From contig JAIFLN010000101.1 of the NCBI GenBank assembly GCA_020049045.1, positions 2,117 to 66,116 of the forward strand: a stretch of DNA of 64,000 nucleotides, given 5' to 3'. Both the position numbers and the translations under genes were made by a program. Origin of the DNA: Spirochaetota bacterium. Its GTDB lineage: Bacteria > Spirochaetota > Spirochaetia > JABEVK01. The notes under the pieces are model-generated. The model did not search any database, was not told the DNA's origin, and saw only the letters and a list, made by a program, of their open reading frames with translations. Below are positions 1 through 9,436 of the stretch, in pieces; the stretch's first letter is position 1; every line of letters starts with the position of its first letter.

Positions 1-144
1 GCCATCTGTTGAAGATGTTCCGGCAACTGTATTGGGGGCCTTGGGCTGTTCTTTGGGGTAAAAGAAGAACAGGCCAACAACGACCACCAAGGTCAGGGCA
101 GCCAGCGCCACGAGAAGAATAATCATACCTTTACTGTTTTTCAT
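1..144 (-). CDS. small hydrophobic (signal/TM) protein, partial; gene runs off the window start
   Basis: ATG near 144 overlapping the coaE 3' end. Translation MKNSKGMIILLVALAALTLVVVVGLFFF... is a single hydrophobic helix that continues past position 1. Confidence 0.3.
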   Translation of the reverse strand, partial: MKNSKGMIILLVALAALTLVVVVGLFFFYPKEQPKAPNTVAGTSSTDG

Positions 145-694
145 GAGTGTCCTCTTTGAGCCGGTCTTCCAGCATCCTTCGGGCTTCTTCGGGAGAGCTC
201 CGGTTGTCCACAATCAGAATATCGACATCCCCGGAAAATACCTGAGGACTGAGTTTTCGTTGGGCCAAAATCCGATGCAAAATTCGCATCCAAGGCCAGC
301 CATCCCGGGCTCTTGCTCTCATAACACGCACCAGTAGGGGTGCTCGGACCCATACGATGAGGTCGCAAAGCCTATAGAGCCCCAGTTTATGCAGCAGGGC
401 AGCATTAATTACAGTGTTAGGGGCTCCCTCAGCTAGGTGTTTTCGTATCTCGCTGTTTATCCATGGGTGACTGATTGCCTCGAGGTCAGCAAGTGCCTGT
501 GGGTTGGAGAAAACCAGGCGACCCAACACGGCTCGCTCGAGAGTTCCGAACCGGGCAAGAACCGCCTCACGATTGGCATCAAGAGCTTGATGCCCCAACT
601 TGTCGGCGTCGATCACCGCAAACCCGCGTTTGACAAAGTACGGAAGCAGGGTGTCCTTTCCCGAGCAGGCTTTTCCGGCTAACCCAACGATCAA
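131..694 (-). CDS. coaE: dephospho-CoA kinase
   Basis: Walker A GLAGKACSGKDT. Length 187 aa. Stop/start overlaps polA (TTG start inside the polA TGA), the classic polA-coaE arrangement. Confidence 0.85.
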   Translation of the reverse strand: MIVGLAGKACSGKDTLLPYFVKRGFAVIDADKLGHQALDANREAVLARFGTLERAVLGRLVFSNPQALADLEAISHPWINSEIRKHLAEGAPNTVINAALLHKLGLYRLCDLIVWVRAPLLVRVMRARARDGWPWMRILHRILAQRKLSPQVFSGDVDILIVDNRSSPEEARRMLEDRLKEDTHEKQ

Positions 695-3480
695 TGCAGC
701 TCACCCCAGTTGGCACCAGCCTCAATTCCAACCCGAAGGGGAACAGACAAGGCAAAGGCACCCTCCATCTCACGACGCAACAGTTGCTTCACGGCCTCAA
801 CTTCCTCCTTGGGAACCTCGAGGAGCAGCTCATCATGGACTTGCAACAATAATTTTGCCCGGAAATTTCCCCGCTGTAAGGCAAGATCGACCCGCAGCAT
901 GGCAGTCTTCACAATATCGGCTGCGCTTCCCTGTATGGGAGTGTTCATAGCGATTCGTTCGGCAGCCTGCTTCTCCACACGGTTACGGCCTGTAATATTG
1001 GCTAACGTTCTCCGGTGACCTAAAATTGTTTTTACCTCCCCTGTCTTTTCGGCCTCAGAAATCACCGTTTGAAAAAACGAATCAACACCGGAAAACTCCC
1101 GCTTGTAGGCGTCAAAAAAGGATTGAGCCTCCTTGCGGGAGACTTTAAGTTCATTGGCAAGCCGGAACGCGGACATGCCATACATCAAACCAAAGTTGAT
1201 CGCTTTGGCTGCCCTACGCATGTCTGAGGTGACCTGCTCCTCCGGGATGACAAACATCAATGAGGCTGTCTGCCTGTGAATATCTTTCCCTTCCCGAAAA
1301 GCGGCAAGCAGGTTGGGGTCCTGGCAAAGATGGGCCAAGACAACTAACTCGATCTGGCTGTAATCCGCCGAAACAAAGGTCCAGCCATCTCTCGGGACGA
1401 AAGCCCGCCGGATACGGCGGCCATCTTCCTCTCGAATTGGGATATTCTGAAGGTTGGGATCCTTGCTGGCGATCCGCCCTGTTGCCGTACCCGTTTGGAT
1501 ATACTGAGTATGCAGTCTTCCGGTCAGTTTATTGACCAATAACGGCAGGGTCTCAACATAGGTGCTTTTCAGTTTGCTCAAGGTCCGCCAGGCAAGTATT
1601 TTTGCCGGAACAGGATCCTGTTCTGCCAGTTCTTCCAGTATATCGGAGTCAGTGGAATAGCCAGTCTTGATTTTGGCTCGTCCCGGTGGAACGAGCTGCC
1701 GGTCGACATACAGGATATCTTGAAGCTGTTTGGGTGAACCCAGATTAAAAGTTTTTCCTCCGCAAAGGGCGAATATTTCCGTTTCCAGGTCGGCAATCCT
1801 CAGCACCAGTTCTTGACCGAATGACCGGAGCTCCTCACTTCGGAGAAGAATCCCCTCATCCTCCATGCGGGCTAAAAGGTGAGCGAGTGGCAGCTCCAGG
1901 TCAATAAGAAGCGAGGTGAGGCCGGCAACTTCCAGCTTTGGTGCGAGTTCTTTGTACAGACGCCAGGTCAGGTCGGCATCCTCAGCAGCGTATCGGCTTG
2001 CTGATTCCAAAGGAACGTCGGCAAAAGTCTTGCCTTTCGCCACCAGATCACCGAACGAGACACCCCTCACACCAAGATAGTTGATTCCAAGAGTCTCGAG
2101 GCCATAAAGGCCGGCACCGGCATCAAGAAGCCAAGCGGCAAGCATCGTATCGAACCCAAACCTCGGCACCGTAATGCCATGACGGCGCAGTACTTTCCAG
2201 TCGAATTTGAAATTCTGACCGATGATCCGAAAAGTTGGATCCTCAAACAACGGCTTCAAGCGGGCCAAAACCACTTTCGATTCCAAGAGGTCGGGAGCTT
2301 CCAGTGAACCAGATTCTAAGCAAAGCAGCGGCACATACGCAGCCTCACCCACGGCACAAGAAAGGGAAATTCCAACGATGCGTGCGGCAAAGGTATCGAG
2401 TGTATCCGTTTCCAGGTCGACAGCACCCTCGCCAGAGGCTCTAAGCCTGGCTATCCAAGAATCGAGAGCTTCGAGGGTCACAATGGTCTGGTAGGTTCCA
2501 GTCAGGACGGATGGACCAGCGGGTTTGGCAGGTGCTTCCGCCGCAAAATGCACTTCAGGATTCGGTATATGCAGAGGTTTCGTGCGTTCACCAGAAAGGG
2601 CCAGGGCCTCAGCTGCCAGACCTTTGGCATTTTGCTTGATAAAAAGATCGGCAGCTTCTCGGCCTGGTTTCCAGGCAAGAGCTGTCGTATCCAGGGAAAA
2701 ACCTAGGTCAAGGTCATCCCGTAGAATTGTCAGACTCTTGCTCAGGCGAGCGGAGTCCCGACCTTCCTCCAGGTTCTTTTTCAGTGCAACCTTGGTGATC
2801 TTTTCGAGGTTTTCATAAACCCCTTCTAGGCTTCCAAAATCCGTCAACAACTGGATTGCGGTCTTATCCCCAATTCCCTTGACACCAGGAATGTTGTCAG
2901 CCGTATCTCCGACGAGGGCCAGCCAGTCGGCGATCTGATGTGGATGGACACCCCTTGTCTCGAACACCTCTTCAGGACCAACCACCGTCCAACCACCCTT
3001 GAATCCGCTCCGAAGAGCCTTGACGCTCCCCCCCACCATCTGCAGCAAATCTTTGTCGTTGCTGACGATGAGACAGTCTACCTCGTGCTCTCGGCACCAC
3101 TTGGCACCTGTGGCAATAAGATCGTCTGCCTCGAACCCGTCTTTTTGCATAACCGGAACCCCTAGAGCCGCCAGGAGGGCTTCTATCTCAGGCAAGACAG
3201 CCAGAAGATCGTCAGGCGCAGAGTCCCGATGAGCCTTGTATTCAGCAAAAAGCTCATCGCGGAAGGTGGGGGTACGAGAATCATACATCACAACCAAATG
3301 GGTAGGTTTTTGATCGCGGGCCAGCTGGAAAAGGGTTTTGAAGAAACCAAAAAAAGCATTGATATTCTTGCCTTCGCCATTGAGGATGGGTCGATCAGCA
3401 AATGCGTGATAGGCACGAAAAATGAGACCAAAAGCATCAAGGAGGAGGACTTTGGGACCAGCGTCACCGGGGTTGTTCAT
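691..3480 (-). CDS. polA: DNA polymerase I
   Basis: About 929 aa. The N-terminal 5'-3' exonuclease segment (KVLLLDAFGLIFRAYHAF), a central 3'-5' exonuclease region and a C-terminal family-A polymerase (QIELVVLAHL, KAINFGLMYG, LQVHDELLLE) are all present. ATG at 3480 preferred over GTG at 3486. Confidence 0.95.
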   Translation of the reverse strand: MNNPGDAGPKVLLLDAFGLIFRAYHAFADRPILNGEGKNINAFFGFFKTLFQLARDQKPTHLVVMYDSRTPTFRDELFAEYKAHRDSAPDDLLAVLPEIEALLAALGVPVMQKDGFEADDLIATGAKWCREHEVDCLIVSNDKDLLQMVGGSVKALRSGFKGGWTVVGPEEVFETRGVHPHQIADWLALVGDTADNIPGVKGIGDKTAIQLLTDFGSLEGVYENLEKITKVALKKNLEEGRDSARLSKSLTILRDDLDLGFSLDTTALAWKPGREAADLFIKQNAKGLAAEALALSGERTKPLHIPNPEVHFAAEAPAKPAGPSVLTGTYQTIVTLEALDSWIARLRASGEGAVDLETDTLDTFAARIVGISLSCAVGEAAYVPLLCLESGSLEAPDLLESKVVLARLKPLFEDPTFRIIGQNFKFDWKVLRRHGITVPRFGFDTMLAAWLLDAGAGLYGLETLGINYLGVRGVSFGDLVAKGKTFADVPLESASRYAAEDADLTWRLYKELAPKLEVAGLTSLLIDLELPLAHLLARMEDEGILLRSEELRSFGQELVLRIADLETEIFALCGGKTFNLGSPKQLQDILYVDRQLVPPGRAKIKTGYSTDSDILEELAEQDPVPAKILAWRTLSKLKSTYVETLPLLVNKLTGRLHTQYIQTGTATGRIASKDPNLQNIPIREEDGRRIRRAFVPRDGWTFVSADYSQIELVVLAHLCQDPNLLAAFREGKDIHRQTASLMFVIPEEQVTSDMRRAAKAINFGLMYGMSAFRLANELKVSRKEAQSFFDAYKREFSGVDSFFQTVISEAEKTGEVKTILGHRRTLANITGRNRVEKQAAERIAMNTPIQGSAADIVKTAMLRVDLALQRGNFRAKLLLQVHDELLLEVPKEEVEAVKQLLRREMEGAFALSVPLRVGIEAGANWGELH

Positions 3481-3498
3481 GCCCACAGTGTACGTCGT

Positions 3499-3969
3499 TT
3501 ACGTGGTGATGTCGACCAGAACCGAGGCCGACCTGGCACCGGCATAGGGGTTGCGGCTGCGGACCTGGGGCCTTACCCGCACCATCTCCATTTCAAGGAG
3601 GGCCATGGATCGGGACAACAAACCTCGGTTTTCCAGACTTTTTTCCTGAACCTGATCCTTAAGGCTCTTTAGCGAAGAACGCAAATCGTTGACATCGTGG
3701 TCAGCAGGCCCGTGATAGGCCTCTTGAAGTACCGCTTCCAAAGGATCAATGCACTTCTGAATCGCATGGATATCGACCATCAGCTCTTCTTCCAGCGCAA
3801 CCTGGGCACGAAGGTTGTCGACAGCATCTTGTTCAATGCTAGTCTTTTCTGCGTCGAGCACTTTCAGGTAAGTGTGAAATTTCTCTCTCTGCTGGGCAAG
3901 GGTAGCTTTCAGCCTCTTGAGGAGAGCGACACGCTTATCCACTTCTTCCTTGGTCAGGGTCAACGTCAT
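3499..3969 (-). CDS. coiled-coil protein immediately downstream of fliS (FlgN/FliT-like flagellar chaperone candidate)
   Basis: 156 aa, Leu/Glu/Gln-rich helical protein. ATG lies 3 nt after the fliS stop. Function inferred from context only. Confidence 0.5.
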   Translation of the reverse strand: MTLTLTKEEVDKRVALLKRLKATLAQQREKFHTYLKVLDAEKTSIEQDAVDNLRAQVALEEELMVDIHAIQKCIDPLEAVLQEAYHGPADHDVNDLRSSLKSLKDQVQEKSLENRGLLSRSMALLEMEMVRVRPQVRSRNPYAGARSASVLVDITT

Positions 3970-3972
3970 AGC

Positions 3973-4401
3973 TTACCCCGCAATGTTGACGCCAGGCCTG
4001 GAAGCCGGCAACTCTTCTACCCTGGAATTCGCAATTTGAATCCAAGCAGATCGCAGGTCAGCCACAAAAGCCCTCACCTGAATCAAAGGCTCGGGATCCT
4101 TCTTCAAGTTGCCTTCTCGAATTTTTTCATTGAAGAAGACATACAAACTCATCAAGTTCCGGGCGATTTCTCCACCACGGTCAAAATCCAGACCCGCCAT
4201 CAATTCGGTAATGATGTCCTGGGTCTTGATGAGCGAATTGTGAACCTTGTCGAGGTGCCGGGTATTGGCATTCAACAGGGAAACTGCCATGTCTAGTTGC
4301 TTGACCGCTTCGTCGTAGAGCATGACGATGAGCTTCCCCTGGGTTGCGGTTCGAACCGAAACCTCCCGGTACGCGTTCAACGGGTTTTTCAAAACACTCA
4401 T
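3973..4401 (-). CDS. fliS: flagellar export chaperone FliS
   Basis: N-terminal NPLNAYREVSVRTATQGKLIVMLYDEAVKQL matches the FliS signature. 142 aa. GAGGAGG ribosome-binding site upstream. Confidence 0.85.
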   Translation of the reverse strand: MSVLKNPLNAYREVSVRTATQGKLIVMLYDEAVKQLDMAVSLLNANTRHLDKVHNSLIKTQDIITELMAGLDFDRGGEIARNLMSLYVFFNEKIREGNLKKDPEPLIQVRAFVADLRSAWIQIANSRVEELPASRPGVNIAG

Positions 4402-4471
4402 GCTTCCCCTCCTCTCTGCCTTGATGCTTCCCTTTTATCTCGGCGGAAAAGGGTCCGCCCTTGAGGACTGG

Positions 4472-6751
4472 TCATGGTCGGGAGTGATCCATCAATTGGG
4501 AAACGGTCACTCCGCGATATCCGGCTTCAACCAGGCCATTCAGCAGAAGATCCCATCGGGTGAAAAAGCTTTCACCGGTTGTACTATCTTTCATCCCCAG
4601 GGTCAAGGGGACGATGGAGCCTGGCTTTTTGGCCTTGAGAACCGATTCAATCAGTGTTGGAACATCGACGACTCTTCCCGCATTCAAAGCAAAGGCCAAA
4701 TCCGTTCCAACGGTCTTGTAGTTGGCAGCCTTGGCGCCTGCAGAAAGCGCAGGGCCTTCAACCCAGCCGGGTGCATGCCAAAGGAGTCCCAGTTCTTTCC
4801 CCGTGGCGGCAAACCAATCGTCTTCCTGACGTGCTAAACCTTGCCGGACAAAAGACGCATCGATAATGAAGCCCGGCGCTGTTAAATCCAGAGGAATATG
4901 AAACAGGTTGGCAGTTTCGTGCCCACCGTCTGCGATCTCTTTGGCCGCTTGGGGATTCCGTCTCAGAAATTCTCCATTGATAAAGAAAGTGGCTTTGAAA
5001 CCCCAGTCCCGCAAAGCGCGCAGAACTTCCGGTAGACCTTCCGAAGAATCAAGAGCATCGATCGCTAAACCGACTTCCCGCAAGCGCAACCGGGAACCGT
5101 GGCGGAAGGGCGAATCGATACCGTCACCTGTCGGATCTTCCGGTCCTGATTCCACTAATGGAAAGGCCTCATACAGCTTCTGGGGAGGTGGAAGCAAAGG
5201 TTTGGTTGTAAGGGCTTTCAGATTACGGATCAGAAGGGTGTTTCGATAAGGACCAGAAGGGAGATCCGAGGCAAAGGCACGATACGAGGAATTGGCCGTT
5301 TGAGCCTCGAGGAATTTGAAGTCGGAAGGAGAGACTTTCCAATAAGAGGAACTGGTTCCCACCGGAGGTTGCCAAACGTACCATGTCGCACCCTGCCTTC
5401 CGACCAACTGCCCCCCCTCAATCGTCCCTACCTGGTCAAAGTTCCCAATGAGCAGAGTCCGAACGACACCTTCGACAAAATTGATCGATACAGTAGCAGC
5501 GCGTCCCGTTGCTAGAATTGTCGTCGCATCTTTCCAGACGGCGGCGACCAGTCCATCGAGCGCATAGGCTTTCCGCTCGGCGAAGGTTGTCACATCACGT
5601 ACCGAAACTCCCTCTTTACGGACAAGCAGAATCAAGCTTTCATCAGCAGATGGAGCTAAATCAAGAACAGCTCCAACGCCGGCATCCAAAGTCTGGACAG
5701 ACGTGGATGAAAGTCGCAAGACCTGGGTCTCTTCCCGCCCGCCCTTGAGGGCCGACGCCAAAAGTGTAATCTTATTGTCCTTTGTCCAGATAACCTTTTT
5801 TAGGGAAAGATTTTGAGGAAGAGGAAGATAGGTCAGCGGTACCAGTTTTGCATTCTGGTAAAAATCCAAATACTCGAGAGGGTAGACAAAAAGAGTTCTC
5901 CCTCCCAGATTGAAAAGAACCGATTTGCTGTCAGGGGAGAGCCAAAACCGATCGAGAGCAGGTCGGAAAGGAAAAGGAAGTTTTCCAACAATGCCCCAAG
6001 TCTGAAACTGGGCTCGGTAGAGACTTCTGGTGAAAAACTCTTCAGGAAGAATGCGGTAAAGAATCTGATCAACAACATAGTTGAGTTCGCCGGTTCCACC
6101 CCAGGTGATACTGCTCAAAAGACCAGGACCGATCTTTCTTAAACTTTCCTCGGGGATACGCTTCTCTTTCAATTGTTTCAGCGAGAAGTAATAGAGGTTG
6201 CCTTTCTTTTCATAAACAAAGAATTGTCCGTCAGGAGACCATAGTGCCGGCAACGTTTGGTAGGACAAATCAATTCCCGTTGAGATGACTGTGGGAGCCA
6301 GAGTTGAGATATCTCGCAGCTCAAGAGAACCTGAGACGGACGAGGTTGTCTGGAAACCCAGAACCGAACGTCCATCAGGAGAGTATGCCAATGGAAGTGG
6401 CTTCCCCTCACCTGCACCAGGGTCCTGTCCAAACACCTGTGGTGCAACAGGTGTTACTTTGAAGGAAACGGGATCAACCCTCCAAATTCCAAACCGGTTC
6501 TGAATCTGAAGCTGCCCAAGGGACGCCAGGTAGGTTGCCGATTCCGGGTAGAACGTCATCGGTTCTGGGGGTGTTCCAGCGGCCAAATCGGCACGGAACC
6601 ATACTTGGTAATCGCTTCCAAACGTTGTGGTATTGCGGGCCGAAAAAAGCAAACGAGATTGTGAATCGAGATCCAGACCCGAAAAAACCACCTCGGCGGT
6701 GAGGGGCGCGAGCGTCAGGAACCCAATAACGAGGCAGACCAGGGTCTTCAT
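4472..6751 (-). CDS. secreted PD40/TolB-like beta-propeller repeat protein with C-terminal NodB-type polysaccharide deacetylase domain
   Basis: Signal peptide MKTLVCLVIGFLTLAPLTA. Repeated SPDG motifs (YSPDGRSVL, WSPDGQFFVY, LSPDSKSVLF). C-terminal ATFFINGEF..GHETANLFHIPLD resembles a carbohydrate-esterase-4 deacetylase. Start moved to the Met of the signal peptide; the ORF-track N-extension looks non-coding. Confidence 0.7.
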   Translation of the reverse strand: MKTLVCLVIGFLTLAPLTAEVVFSGLDLDSQSRLLFSARNTTTFGSDYQVWFRADLAAGTPPEPMTFYPESATYLASLGQLQIQNRFGIWRVDPVSFKVTPVAPQVFGQDPGAGEGKPLPLAYSPDGRSVLGFQTTSSVSGSLELRDISTLAPTVISTGIDLSYQTLPALWSPDGQFFVYEKKGNLYYFSLKQLKEKRIPEESLRKIGPGLLSSITWGGTGELNYVVDQILYRILPEEFFTRSLYRAQFQTWGIVGKLPFPFRPALDRFWLSPDSKSVLFNLGGRTLFVYPLEYLDFYQNAKLVPLTYLPLPQNLSLKKVIWTKDNKITLLASALKGGREETQVLRLSSTSVQTLDAGVGAVLDLAPSADESLILLVRKEGVSVRDVTTFAERKAYALDGLVAAVWKDATTILATGRAATVSINFVEGVVRTLLIGNFDQVGTIEGGQLVGRQGATWYVWQPPVGTSSSYWKVSPSDFKFLEAQTANSSYRAFASDLPSGPYRNTLLIRNLKALTTKPLLPPPQKLYEAFPLVESGPEDPTGDGIDSPFRHGSRLRLREVGLAIDALDSSEGLPEVLRALRDWGFKATFFINGEFLRRNPQAAKEIADGGHETANLFHIPLDLTAPGFIIDASFVRQGLARQEDDWFAATGKELGLLWHAPGWVEGPALSAGAKAANYKTVGTDLAFALNAGRVVDVPTLIESVLKAKKPGSIVPLTLGMKDSTTGESFFTRWDLLLNGLVEAGYRGVTVSQLMDHSRP

Positions 6752-6758
6752 GGTACCT

Positions 6759-7019
6759 TTATCGGCAGGATGCCCGAGGATCTTTCCTTTGTTCTTCGAG
6801 AAACAGTCCCAGTCCCTCATCCAGAAGTTCCAGCCGCGACAACAACAACCCAAGACGGTAACGATTGTTTCTCCGCTCCATTTCCACGAGCGGCTGAAGG
6901 CATTTGTCCAAAAGAATCTCCAAATCTGGAGAGCGGGCCAAATCTTCGCCACATTGGGGACAATACAGATAGTGGGGGGGGACCACTTGGTTGCAACCGG
7001 GGCAGAAGCGAACTTCCAT
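6759..7019 (-). CDS. small zinc-ribbon protein
   Basis: 86 aa, CPGC...CPQCG double CxxC pair at the N-terminus. ATG 5 nt after the lon stop, ends 7 nt before the PD40 gene start. Ribosome-binding site is weak. Confidence 0.45.
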   Translation of the reverse strand: MEVRFCPGCNQVVPPHYLYCPQCGEDLARSPDLEILLDKCLQPLVEMERRNNRYRLGLLLSRLELLDEGLGLFLEEQRKDPRASCR

Positions 7020-7023
7020 ACCC

Positions 7024-9429
7024 TTATTCTAGGACACGGTTTGCCGATTTCCAACCTATTTCTCCAGGAAACGTTCCATTGGGAAATAGCTGGGGCAAGG
7101 CTTCCGCCACGGAAGAGGCAAACAAGAATTGTGAGCCTTTTACAGCCTCTTCAGGAACTTCCTCCAAATCCCGTCGGTTGTCTTCTGGCAAAAAGATCCG
7201 GTTCAAACCCCGGCGATGCGCGGCCAGAACTTTTTCCTTGACCCCTCCAATGGGGAGGACCCGACCCGTCAATGTGACTTCACCGGTCATTGCTGTGCCA
7301 GGTATAAGAGGAACACTTCGGAAGGCACTCAAGAGTGACGCGATCACTGTGATTCCAGCCGAAGGACCGTCTTTCGGGATGGCGCCTTCCGGAAAGTGGA
7401 TATGAATATCCTTATCCTTCGAAAACTCGGCTTCCAGTCCCCATTGGGATCCATGCGCTTTGAGGTAGCTGAGGGCAATCCTCGCAGATTCTTTCATGAC
7501 ATCACCCAGACTGCCCGTCAGGATCAACTCCCCTTTGCCTGGAAAGAGGCTCACTTCTACCGAGAGAACTTTTCCTCCGACTTCGGTCCAGGCCAAGCCG
7601 TTGGCAACCCCCGGACGAGGTTCAGCCAGCGATTTGTCGTCCCGCCAGAGCGGCAACCCCAAATCAGCCTTCACCTGATCTTCAGAAACCTGCAGGGAAA
7701 GCGGTTCAGCAGCCTCGTCGGGAGACAACTTCCCCTCTTCCAGGAGTCGGCGGACAGTCTTGCGCAACACCGAAGCAATCTGCCTCTCCAAACCACGCAC
7801 ACCTGACTCGGCAGTATAACGATGAATGATCGTTTGAAGAGCCTCAGGGGTGAAGGTGACCTGATGGCTTTTCAGCCCGTTTTCTCGCACTTGTTTGGGG
7901 ACAATAAACCCTTCTGCGATTTTTTGCTTTTCCACATCGGTGTAACCTGGCACTTCGATCACTTCCATCCGGTCCTGCAAGGGTCGGGGAATCGTATGAA
8001 GGCTGTTGGCCGTTGTTATGAATAACACGTCAGAAAGGTCGTAGGGCACTTCCAGATAATGGTCGGTAAAGGTGGAATTCTGTTCCGGATCGAGGACTTC
8101 CAGAAGAGCAGCAGCAGGATCACCCCGGAAGTCACTGGTCATCTTGTCGATTTCATCCAAAAGAAACACAGGATTGGAAGTGCCGGCCTTCTTCATACTC
8201 TGCACGATCTTTCCGGGAAGAGCTCCGACATAGGTCTTGCGGTGACCACGTATTTCCGCCTCATCCCGCACGCCGCCCAAGCTGATCCGGACGAACTGTC
8301 GGCCCAAAGCTCGAGCGACAGAACGCCCAAGACTGGTCTTGCCAGTCCCTGGTGGACCGACCAGGCAGAGAATGGGTCCTTTTAGTCGGTCAGCCACCCG
8401 CCGAACAGCCAGAAAATCCAAAATACGCTGTTTGACCTTCTTCATGTCAAAGTGGTCTTCGTCCAGCACGGCCTCTGCTGCAGTGATCGAGGACTGATCT
8501 TCTGTTTTTTTTCCCCAAGGAAGATCGGTGATCCACTCTAGATAGGTTCGCAGTATGCCCGATTCTGGAGTTGTCGCCTGAAGGCGGGCCAGTCGGTTGC
8601 ATTCCTTAAGAGCCTTGTCTTTGACATCCTGCGGTGCATCGAGCGCTTCCACCCGGCGCTTCAGGTCAATGGCACCTGTCGGATCGCCGTCGTCATGCCC
8701 AAGCTCTTTGTGAATTTCTTTCAGCTGTTCGTTGAGATAATATTCCCGCTGGTTCTGCTCGAGCCGCCCCTTCACTTTCTTGTGAATTTCCTGTTGCAGT
8801 CCAGCAAGCTCGTGTTCCACCTGGATGGTGACAGCTAAATTCTCGAGGCGAACCAACGACCGGGTTTCCAGGAAAAATTCCAACTTTTTCTCATCGGTCA
8901 AATTCAGATGGGGGACCAAAAGGTCGACCAAGGCATCGGGCTTGTCTGTTTCCCACAAAACGGCAAGTTTCTCTTTGGACAATTTCGCCTGAAGATCTTT
9001 ATAGGCCTTCAGTGTCGTCAGGACCACCTGAGTCAGACTAAGAACTTCATTTTTGACGACGGCATTCTGCTCCAGCGGCTGTATCTCCGCACGGACGTAG
9101 TCAGTTCTCGCCTGGTACTTGACCAGCTTGGCCCTTTCGCGGCCTTCCACCAGAACACGGACCGTGCCATCGGGAAGCTTCAGAGTTTGAAGAATCCCCG
9201 CGACGACACCCAGGCTATGAAGATCACTTTCTGCAGGGATATCATCTTTTGTTTTTTGCGGAACAAGGAAGATTTCCTGCCCTTCAGCCAAAGCGACTTC
9301 GAGCGCTTTGATGCTGTTTCCCTTTCCTGCAAAAAAAGGAGCCACCATTTGTGGAAAGACAAGGACATCCTTGACGGCAAGAAGCGGCAAATCTTTCTTC
9401 AGGGGTTTTGCCCGGGGAAGACCCAGCAT
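7024..9429 (-). CDS. lon: ATP-dependent Lon protease
   Basis: Lon N-domain, AAA+ Walker A GPPGTGKTS, S16 protease motif DGPSAGIT. ATG at 9429 preferred to upstream TTG at 9447. Confidence 0.95.
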   Translation of the reverse strand: MLGLPRAKPLKKDLPLLAVKDVLVFPQMVAPFFAGKGNSIKALEVALAEGQEIFLVPQKTKDDIPAESDLHSLGVVAGILQTLKLPDGTVRVLVEGRERAKLVKYQARTDYVRAEIQPLEQNAVVKNEVLSLTQVVLTTLKAYKDLQAKLSKEKLAVLWETDKPDALVDLLVPHLNLTDEKKLEFFLETRSLVRLENLAVTIQVEHELAGLQQEIHKKVKGRLEQNQREYYLNEQLKEIHKELGHDDGDPTGAIDLKRRVEALDAPQDVKDKALKECNRLARLQATTPESGILRTYLEWITDLPWGKKTEDQSSITAAEAVLDEDHFDMKKVKQRILDFLAVRRVADRLKGPILCLVGPPGTGKTSLGRSVARALGRQFVRISLGGVRDEAEIRGHRKTYVGALPGKIVQSMKKAGTSNPVFLLDEIDKMTSDFRGDPAAALLEVLDPEQNSTFTDHYLEVPYDLSDVLFITTANSLHTIPRPLQDRMEVIEVPGYTDVEKQKIAEGFIVPKQVRENGLKSHQVTFTPEALQTIIHRYTAESGVRGLERQIASVLRKTVRRLLEEGKLSPDEAAEPLSLQVSEDQVKADLGLPLWRDDKSLAEPRPGVANGLAWTEVGGKVLSVEVSLFPGKGELILTGSLGDVMKESARIALSYLKAHGSQWGLEAEFSKDKDIHIHFPEGAIPKDGPSAGITVIASLLSAFRSVPLIPGTAMTGEVTLTGRVLPIGGVKEKVLAAHRRGLNRIFLPEDNRRDLEEVPEEAVKGSQFLFASSVAEALPQLFPNGTFPGEIGWKSANRVLE

Positions 9430-9436
9430 GGGGAAA

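Noticed and set aside
3697-4837. 199-aa and 171-aa plus-strand ORFs
   Set aside because: Antisense to the FlgN-like gene, fliS and the PD40/deacetylase gene.
4472-7054. 101-aa N-terminal extension of the PD40/deacetylase ORF (MEIGKPCPRIRVWKF...)
   Set aside because: Cys/Trp/Arg-rich, overlaps the zinc-ribbon ORF and the lon 3' end. A canonical signal peptide begins at the internal Met.
6627-7405. 204-aa and 211-aa plus-strand ORFs overlapping the lon 3' end
   Set aside because: Antisense to lon and the zinc-ribbon ORF; Pro/Arg/Ser-rich.
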